Positions 58,041 through 64,000 of a DNA stretch of 64,000 nt are shown piece after piece. Numbering within the stretch: the first letter of the stretch is position 1; each line of letters opens with the position of its first letter. Source of the stretch: a virus. Where the stretch lies: the IMG/VR virus record IMGVR_UViG_3300049436_000052, positions 137,433-201,432 of that record; one strand, 5' to 3'. The position numbers and the translations under genes are program-made. The notes under the pieces are model-generated. The model was given only the letters and a program-made list of their open reading frames with translations, did not search any database and was not told where the DNA came from.

Positions 58041-58109
58041 ATATTTTTTACATTAAAAAAATCTTACTATTTTTACAAAAAAATAATTATATTAAAAATA
58101 ATAAATTTT

Positions 58110-58364
58110 ATGAATCTATTAGAATTTTACAAAAACAAACTATTAACGCATTTTGTTTATCAAAAGGAACTTCAAGAAGCAAATCTCAACACTGTCTTGA
58201 ATAATCAAATTCTTGAGCATGAAAAGAAATTAAAAAGAATGGAAAAGATTCTAAATAAAATTGCGTTGATTAATCAAAACATAAATCTTGTTAATCAATA
58301 TTTGGTTGAAGCAACAAATAATAATATACCACAAAACCCACAAGGATATTCACATGCAGAATAA
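58110..58364 (+). CDS. Hypothetical coiled-coil protein
   Basis: 84 aa. Confidence 0.65.
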   Translation: MNLLEFYKNKLLTHFVYQKELQEANLNTVLNNQILEHEKKLKRMEKILNKIALINQNINLVNQYLVEATNNNIPQNPQGYSHAE

Positions 58365-58554
58365 TATAATTAACGAAATATATCAAATATTTTTCATATT
58401 ATCGATATTATTTACGATCTACATAATAGGTGCATTTATGATTAAAGCATCTATTCTAATTTTTCGAAAAATTGAAACATCTTATGAATTATCAAAATCC
58501 GAAAAAATAATTCTCTGGATTTCATTAACAGTTATTTTATCTTATATATTTTAA
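58354..58554 (+). CDS. Small two-TM membrane protein
   Basis: More likely start is ATG 58354 (MQNNIINEIYQIFFILSILFTIYIIGAF...IILWISLTVILSYIF) than the TTG at 58288. Confidence 0.65.
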   Translation: MQNNIINEIYQIFFILSILFTIYIIGAFMIKASILIFRKIETSYELSKSEKIILWISLTVILSYIF

Positions 58555-58557
58555 ATT

Positions 58558-59022
58558 ATGCAATCATTAGATTCTGTTTTAAAACCTTTATCAAATAATC
58601 TTATCTTAATAAGAAAAAATTTAGATAATAATCAATATGAAATTGAAATGGGAATTCCCAAAGATTGGATTTTTGAAAAAAATAATAATATAGATTGTGA
58701 AGTATTGGGTGAGAATGAAAATGGTAAACTTATAAAGATAATGCCATTAAATGAAAAGGTTCTTATTGATAATCTGATAATTTTTGCAGAAAAAATAGTT
58801 ATGGTTAACGAAGAAATCGAAAAACAAAAGGTTGAATTTGAAAAAAAAATGGAAGAGACTAGAATAACACTAATTAATCAATTTATGGAGTTTCATAATG
58901 ATATGGAAAAGAAAATAACCTTATCATTCAAAGAAGAAAAATCAGAAACTTCAACAACTGATAAAGAAAAATCTAAGAAAAGAAATAACAAATCAGAAAA
59001 TAGTGGCGAATCAAATGAATGA
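58558..59022 (+). CDS. Hypothetical protein
   Basis: 154 aa; coiled-coil C-terminal half. Confidence 0.7.
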   Translation: MQSLDSVLKPLSNNLILIRKNLDNNQYEIEMGIPKDWIFEKNNNIDCEVLGENENGKLIKIMPLNEKVLIDNLIIFAEKIVMVNEEIEKQKVEFEKKMEETRITLINQFMEFHNDMEKKITLSFKEEKSETSTTDKEKSKKRNNKSENSGESNE

Positions 59023-59344
59023 TAATGAAGAAAAATACGATCCTGATTATGAACTTTTTTTGAATTCATTAAAAAAAGAAGTTATTAACGATAAAAAGTC
59101 TTCGGCAAAGCATATTATTCAATATGGAAATACATATCTTGAAGAAATTGAAAGAAAAAGACTTATCAACGAAAGAAAAAAAAATAGATTTATCGAAGTA
59201 ATTTTGAAAAAATTTCCATTAAAATATGATTATGAAGAACTTTTTCATCAATCGTATGAGGATATTAGAATTTTATATAATGAACTAATAAAACCCAAGC
59301 AATCTTTTTTTAGAAAGATACTTAAGTTATTTTTTAACAACTAA
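59003..59344 (+). CDS. Hypothetical protein
   Basis: 113 aa. Confidence 0.65.
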   Translation: MANQMNDNEEKYDPDYELFLNSLKKEVINDKKSSAKHIIQYGNTYLEEIERKRLINERKKNRFIEVILKKFPLKYDYEELFHQSYEDIRILYNELIKPKQSFFRKILKLFFNN

Positions 59345-59355
59345 AACTTATTCTT

Positions 59356-60111
59356 ATGACAATATTTGAAAGCATATTTAATGCAACTAATATTTATAAC
59401 ACACTGTTTTTAAATATTAAATCGGTGTTAATTCATCCTACATTGGATGAATTAAGAAGTGAAAATAAATCATTATATGAATATTGGATGGAAAAAAATT
59501 CATATAAGACAAATAGAGATAAATGTGATGAATTGTTTTATCAAAATAAAGCAATTCACTATCCAGAATTTTCAAGAATTTTATCTCTTACCTATGGTGT
59601 GGTTGAACAATCAAATGGTGAACCAACAAGAAAATTCCAAAGAATTGTTAATGAAAATGAGTATTTGGTGATAGCACCATTATTTGATTTTTTACATCAA
59701 TTTGATGATGTAAAGTCATTTCCAACCCTGTGTGGATATAATATCATATCATATGATATACCGTTTTTGATTAAAAGATTTATCTATAATATTGATAGTT
59801 TCGAAAACAAGAAAATCCCATCAATCCTAAAAAATTCATTAAATTCTAAAACATGGGAAAGTTCAGTAGTGGATTTGATTGGAATATGGAAATTTAATGG
59901 TAATAATGTAGATAATGTTTCATTAGACCTTGTCACAAATTTCCTTAAATTAAAGAAAACTGTTGAATTGTTAAACCCATCAGAACTTTCTAAGTATTAT
60001 TGGGATAATATAAAAGAAAAACCAGCAGAAGTGCTAAAAACATTTGATCTTCAATCAGCAACAACTGTGAATTTATCATTTCAGTTTCTTAATAAAATGA
60101 GAAGTTTCTAA
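59356..60111 (+). CDS. PolB-related 3'-5' exonuclease-fold protein (DnaQ-like), ExoI/ExoIII acids lost
   Basis: FLNIKSV (DIET expected), LCGYNIISYDIPFL (ExoII intact), VVDL..WKF, TFDLQSA. Confidence 0.7.
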   Translation: MTIFESIFNATNIYNTLFLNIKSVLIHPTLDELRSENKSLYEYWMEKNSYKTNRDKCDELFYQNKAIHYPEFSRILSLTYGVVEQSNGEPTRKFQRIVNENEYLVIAPLFDFLHQFDDVKSFPTLCGYNIISYDIPFLIKRFIYNIDSFENKKIPSILKNSLNSKTWESSVVDLIGIWKFNGNNVDNVSLDLVTNFLKLKKTVELLNPSELSKYYWDNIKEKPAEVLKTFDLQSATTVNLSFQFLNKMRSF

Positions 60112-60117
60112 AAAAAT

Positions 60118-60144
60118 AAAAGCGATAAGAAATTATCGCTTTTT
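60118..60144. terminator. Bidirectional intrinsic terminator
   Basis: AAAAGCGATAA-GAAA-TTATCGCTTTT between convergent genes. Confidence 0.85.
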
Positions 60145-60149
60145 AAATT

Positions 60150-60452
60150 TTAAGTAGTTAACCACTCTAGTTTATCGCTAAAACTACCATCAATAGATTT
60201 TGATTCATAAAATTTATCAAAATCAAATTCTGATAAATATGCTCTCTTCATTCTGTTCTCTCCATAAAGAAGATAATCGATAACATCAATTATTTTTTCG
60301 AAGAAAATATAGATTTTTGTATCCATAATAAATATATATGGATTACTATCATTCCATTCCTTTCCTTCAATTGAATAATTAAAAAGAATTCCAATTACCT
60401 TAGTATTGTCTGAATAATATTCTTCGTGAACTGTTTTAATTTTTGTCTTCAT
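60150..60452 (-). CDS. Hypothetical protein
   Basis: 100 aa; preceded by a host-type promoter. Confidence 0.7.
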   Translation of the reverse strand: MKTKIKTVHEEYYSDNTKVIGILFNYSIEGKEWNDSNPYIFIMDTKIYIFFEKIIDVIDYLLYGENRMKRAYLSEFDFDKFYESKSIDGSFSDKLEWLTT

Positions 60453-60466
60453 ATTTTCTTTTTATA

Positions 60467-60497
60467 CAAAAATAAGCAAAATTTTATAATAATCAAA
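60467..60497 (-). promoter_or_regulatory. Bacteroidota-type promoter
   Basis: Minus strand TTTG (60494-60497), 19-nt spacer, TATTTTTG (60467-60474). Confidence 0.55.
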
Positions 60498-61314
60498 AAC
60501 TTTTGCTATTTATCACAATATAATCAATAGGATTTCTAATAATATTATTTTTATAAATTTCATAATGAAGATGTGGTGCTGTTGATAAACCACTATTTCC
60601 AACACTTCCAATCAAAGTACCTTTTAAAATCTTTTGATTTTTCTTAACAAATATGTTTTTTGTTAAGTGAGCATATTTAATTTTAAATCCTAATTCATTA
60701 GAAATTGTAATATTATTTCCATAACCCCAATTCGAATATTCAATTTTAGTAACAACACCATCCATTGTTGAATAGACATTAGTATTGTATTTTGATGATA
60801 TGTCAACACCTTTATGAAATAATATTTTTCTTAATATAGGATGTTTTCTCCAACCGAAATTAGATGAAATTTTTAATGTGTCGTTAATTGGTTTTATAGG
60901 AAAAATATTTGGAGATGAATTAAAAAACTTTTCATTCTTTTTTACAATGTACGATGTTGTAATTAGCTTCATTAGTTGATTTGTGGTGTAATTTGAAAGT
61001 TGTAAAATTTTTAGATCAAGATTATTCGAATTACTAATAGAATCGTCTAACAAATCAAGTTCAAGTTCAGTACTATCAGCGCAATTAATCCCAAATAATT
61101 GTGAGTAGATATATTCGTTATAATAGGTAATTGAATCTAAACGAGATTCAACAACACATATTCTTTTTTCAAGTTCTTTATATTTTTTTTGAAGACAATT
61201 GTTTTTATATATTAAATTAAGATTCGAATTATTCTTTATAAGATAATTGCTGTAAGTGATACATCCAACAAGGCATATAAAAATTAAAACAATTATTAGT
61301 ATTATTTTTTTCAT
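60493..61314 (-). CDS. M23 family peptidase with N-terminal TM and coiled coil
   Basis: FGWRKHPI..HKGVDI..YAHL..GNSGLSTAPHLHYEI. Confidence 0.95.
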   Translation of the reverse strand: MKKIILIIVLIFICLVGCITYSNYLIKNNSNLNLIYKNNCLQKKYKELEKRICVVESRLDSITYYNEYIYSQLFGINCADSTELELDLLDDSISNSNNLDLKILQLSNYTTNQLMKLITTSYIVKKNEKFFNSSPNIFPIKPINDTLKISSNFGWRKHPILRKILFHKGVDISSKYNTNVYSTMDGVVTKIEYSNWGYGNNITISNELGFKIKYAHLTKNIFVKKNQKILKGTLIGSVGNSGLSTAPHLHYEIYKNNIIRNPIDYIVINSKSF

Positions 61315-61380
61315 TTTTCATTATTAAATAAAATTATTTTTGTTGAATAAATTTATTCAAACTAAGGATAGGTTCTAAAC

Positions 61381-61414
61381 AAAAAACCCCAGAAACGAGT
61401 AATTTCTGGGTATT
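61381..61414 (-). terminator. Intrinsic terminator (minus strand)
   Basis: CCCAGAAA...TTTCTGGG stem with an A-run on its left. Confidence 0.6.
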
Positions 61415-61457
61415 TAGTTGATTTATGGTCTTATTTTTTCTCAAATATTTTTTTTAT

Positions 61458-61485
61458 AAAAATAAAGCCTACATAAATAGTAGGC
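61458..61485 (-). terminator. Intrinsic terminator (minus strand)
   Basis: GCCTAC-ATAAATA-GTAGGC hairpin with AAAAATAAA on its left. Confidence 0.6.
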
Positions 61486-61522
61486 AGGTTGAGAAAATTC
61501 TAAGATATTGATTTATATAACT

Positions 61523-62122
61523 TTAAATATTAATTATTTTTTTGATTGAATAATTTTCGTTATTAGATGGGGTTAATAGATAATCTTCAGTATAAAAAAC
61601 GGGATAATCCTTCACATTACATGTTTTTATCAATGTCATTCTTAGTAAAATAAGACCATTGTTTAAAAACTTAACAAATCCTCTTTTTGTTTCATCATAA
61701 AAACCATCTCTTCTAGGATAATAATAATCATAAGAAAAAATATCAGCATTATTTCTTTTATAATAATCAATTCGAATTGGCGTAATGGAAGCAATATTCC
61801 ATTTATTACTATCTAATCTATAAAGATAGATGGTTCTTAATTTCATTTCATTTAATTCAAAAGAATTTGTTGGTTGTGATGAATTAAAATACGAAATGAT
61901 ATAAAGTTTATTGTTCTTCACAAACGAATATGTTGACTTAGAAAGATAATCTTTCAAATCTGGTTTAGATAAATCATAAACATGATTATACCAAATCCCA
62001 ACCATTTCATCAAGTTTAAGATTTTGAGGTTTATCAAAAAAACCATTAAAAACGCCTCCATATTGTGCAAACACACAATAAAGATTAGTTAATGTTAATA
62101 ATATCAAGAATATTTTTTTCAT
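61523..62122 (-). CDS. Secreted/periplasmic hypothetical protein
   Basis: Signal peptide MKKIFLILLTLTNLYCVFAQ (Bacteroidota-style A|Q cleavage). Confidence 0.7.
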   Translation of the reverse strand: MKKIFLILLTLTNLYCVFAQYGGVFNGFFDKPQNLKLDEMVGIWYNHVYDLSKPDLKDYLSKSTYSFVKNNKLYIISYFNSSQPTNSFELNEMKLRTIYLYRLDSNKWNIASITPIRIDYYKRNNADIFSYDYYYPRRDGFYDETKRGFVKFLNNGLILLRMTLIKTCNVKDYPVFYTEDYLLTPSNNENYSIKKIINI

Positions 62123-62129
62123 AATAAAT

Positions 62130-62600
62130 TTATTGTAATGATTTTTTATAATCTTCTAATGTAGTTATATTGAATGTTGAAATAATTTCATTACGTTTCT
62201 TTTTAATTTCTAACCTTTGTTTTTCTTCTTCTAACTCTAATTCTTTTAACTTATTAGCGGCACTTTCGTTTTCAGATTTTACTAACATATAATTATTTAA
62301 ATTATAGTCCAATATTTGTTCTTTTTTACCATCAACATTCTCAGCCACAAAACGTCCATCTTTGCGAATGCCAATAATTTTTAATTTATTATTGACAAAC
62401 ATATTGTTTGGGTGTGGTTCAACCCAAAATGGCTTAAAATCTTGATTAGTTTTTTTATATTCATCAATGTATTTTTTTACAGCACTGAATGAATTGCTTT
62501 CTTTTGTATTCTCATCAGATACTAAACATTGGAATTTTTCGTAGTTTGTATCGAATTCGATATCAAAACCTCTATAATTTTCAATTAATATTTTGCTCAT
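62130..62600 (-). CDS. Hypothetical protein
   Basis: 156 aa. Confidence 0.7.
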   Translation of the reverse strand: MSKILIENYRGFDIEFDTNYEKFQCLVSDENTKESNSFSAVKKYIDEYKKTNQDFKPFWVEPHPNNMFVNNKLKIIGIRKDGRFVAENVDGKKEQILDYNLNNYMLVKSENESAANKLKELELEEEKQRLEIKKKRNEIISTFNITTLEDYKKSLQ

Positions 62601-62619
62601 AATTTTTTTGTTTTATTAT

Positions 62620-62629
62620 ATTATACGAA
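62620..62629 (-). promoter_or_regulatory. TTCGTATAAT motif, putative second promoter class
   Basis: Same 10-mer on + strand at 63610-63619; TTCGTATAAG on - strand at 63495-63504. Confidence 0.5.
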
Positions 62630-62658
62630 GAAATAAAAAATAAGTTTTAAATTTTTAG

Positions 62659-62868
62659 TTAAACTTTGTTAAAAACTGCACTAACTAAGATAATTACATT
62701 CTCAGGTAGTTTGTTTTTCAATTCTTGTTTTATTAAAATCGAAGCAATTTGATCTGAAAAAATTTCACCAACGTTTGTAGTGTTTCTATCGTTTATTTCA
62801 AACAATACTTCTTCAGTATCTGTATTGATAAATTGCACATTTAATCTAGGACTTTCTTTTTTATACAT
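62659..62868 (-). CDS. Small hypothetical protein
   Basis: 69 aa. Confidence 0.65.
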   Translation of the reverse strand: MYKKESPRLNVQFINTDTEEVLFEINDRNTTNVGEIFSDQIASILIKQELKNKLPENVIILVSAVFNKV

Positions 62869-62872
62869 AGTT

Positions 62873-63490
62873 TTATTTTTTATATGTTGAATACTTATAA
62901 TAATTTAATTTAAATATTTTAATATTTAAAAACTTTCCCGACCATAAATTGTTATAGTTATATAATGATTTATCTCCTTTTGTTTGAAGGAAATCGATTG
63001 AATTCTTTACTCTGGGATGTTTAGCATCCCTAACAACCCACCAACCATTGATAGCAGCATGTGAACTTTCAATCCATATAGTATCACCATAACTAATCTT
63101 ACCTTTAAATATGTTGATTGAAGTATCTTTTAATGATGGCAATCCTTGTGGTAAATTAAGCATATCTTGTGATATTGCAATCCATCTTAAATCACTAGCA
63201 TTAGTTGGATTTATTTTTGAACCATCACCAGTAACAGTAGGTGAACTATCACATTGATTTACTTCTGCATTATATATTGTTCCCCAAACATTATCATACA
63301 GAAGTTCACTTTCAAGAAATTTAAAACTAGATAGACTTGTTTCGAACCTATTTAGATTACCATTTATATTAATAAGGTATAGAACTAATGTTAATACCAA
63401 TCTTATTGCAAATTTAAAAAACATAACATCATTTTTTAGATTTCGCAAAGATAGAAAAAATTTTTTATATATTTTTAACATTAATTTCAT
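62873..63490 (-). CDS. 3D-domain (double-psi beta-barrel, lytic-transglycosylase-like) protein with N-terminal TM
   Basis: TIYNA..QCDSSPTVTGDGS..RWIAISQD..YGDTIWI..WVVRD..IDFL; true start may be a downstream Met. Confidence 0.75.
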   Translation of the reverse strand: MKLMLKIYKKFFLSLRNLKNDVMFFKFAIRLVLTLVLYLININGNLNRFETSLSSFKFLESELLYDNVWGTIYNAEVNQCDSSPTVTGDGSKINPTNASDLRWIAISQDMLNLPQGLPSLKDTSINIFKGKISYGDTIWIESSHAAINGWWVVRDAKHPRVKNSIDFLQTKGDKSLYNYNNLWSGKFLNIKIFKLNYYKYSTYKK

Positions 63491-63609
63491 ATTACTTATA
63501 CGAATTTTTTTTAATTTTGTTTCGTTTTTATAGATAAAATTTGTTAAAATAATTTAAAATTAAATTAATAACATATTTTAAAGAAAAATCAAAACATTTT
63601 GTAAAATTA

Positions 63610-63619
63610 TTCGTATAAT
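63610..63619 (+). promoter_or_regulatory. TTCGTATAAT motif
   Basis: 25 nt upstream of ATG 63645; divergent partner at 63495-63504. Confidence 0.5.
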
Positions 63620-63644
63620 ATAGAAAATACTAACAATTAAGATA

Positions 63645-63902
63645 ATGAAAAAAGAAAATAACAAAAATTTCATATTAACGATACCAAAACCAGAACTATC
63701 TGAAAAAGTTGGAAAAGAAAAACAAATTGAATATAATAATGTGATCTATAAACATGGAAGTAAGGTTAGTTTAAGTTTTTTCGGAAAAACATTTCAAATA
63801 GAATTATTTTTTGATGAAAATAAAAAAATGTTAATGTTTAACGATCCAGATACAAAACATCCTTTTAATTTTTTAGGTTATATTGAAAATGTACAATTAT
63901 AA
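63645..63902 (+). CDS. Hypothetical protein
   Basis: 85 aa. Confidence 0.65.
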   Translation: MKKENNKNFILTIPKPELSEKVGKEKQIEYNNVIYKHGSKVSLSFFGKTFQIELFFDENKKMLMFNDPDTKHPFNFLGYIENVQL

Positions 63903-63913
63903 ATAAAATCAAC

Positions 63914-63994
63914 ATGAAAAAATCAAAAAGTAATGACACAGGAATTTTATTAATAGTAATCATTATTGTTTTACTGATTGTAATTTCTTGTTAA
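63914..63994 (+). CDS. 26-aa single-TM micro-peptide (not in track)
   Basis: My translation: MKKSKSNDTGILLIVIIIVLLIVISC*. Confidence 0.45.
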   Translation: MKKSKSNDTGILLIVIIIVLLIVISC

Positions 63995-64000
63995 AAAAAT

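Noticed and set aside
58288-58353. TTG start for the membrane ORF
   Set aside because: Creates a long overlap with the upstream gene; ATG 58354 gives a compact two-TM protein
61467-61485. N4-type hairpin promoter (TATTTAT in loop)
   Set aside because: Single instance with a terminator-like T tract; the other late motifs are not in hairpins
1-64000. Stop-codon reassignment (code 15 or 4)
   Set aside because: Conserved genes are full length in the standard code, and TAA, TAG and TGA all occur at plausible gene ends
1-64000. tRNA/rRNA genes, reverse transcriptase, DGR or retron
   Set aside because: No cloverleaf-like or GC-rich structured gaps and no YxDD RT motif recognised; intergenic gaps are short and AT-rich

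Overview
A 64-kb, very AT-rich, densely coding segment of a large tailed dsDNA phage (jumbo/huge myovirus type). The host is probably Bacteroidota: TAnnTTTG/TTTG promoters, an ECF-type sigma factor, and A/T-rich leaders with no Shine-Dalgarno sequence. Genes are mostly on the + strand. The window holds replication/repair genes (HARP-SNF2 helicase, family B DNA polymerase, DnaG, RuvC, Mre11-Rad50 fusion), a contractile-tail baseplate/fibre cluster (25.2-40.3 kb), a block of probable capsid-packaged effectors (Nudix, WYL, triple kinase-ParB polyprotein, 2H, ParB), two MazG-like genes, Hsp20 and cell-wall enzymes (amidase-like, M23, 3D). I saw no terminase, major capsid, tRNA or CRISPR array. A GTATTTATA motif lies just upstream of more than a dozen genes (putative late promoter). 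The strongest novel leads are: (1) a putative virion O-glycosylation system, with a plant HPAT/SERGT (GT95/GT96)-like glycosyltransferase translationally coupled inside the baseplate/fibre operon whose neighbours are strongly enriched in an [S/T]-G-x-T motif and poly-Thr linkers; (2) an integron-type attC/gene cassette carrying a MazG-like gene, with no integrase in view; (3) multi-domain polyproteins punctuated by [I/L]-x-E putative prohead-protease sites; (4) several enzymes that have lost catalytic residues. All family assignments come from motif recognition by eye, without database searches.
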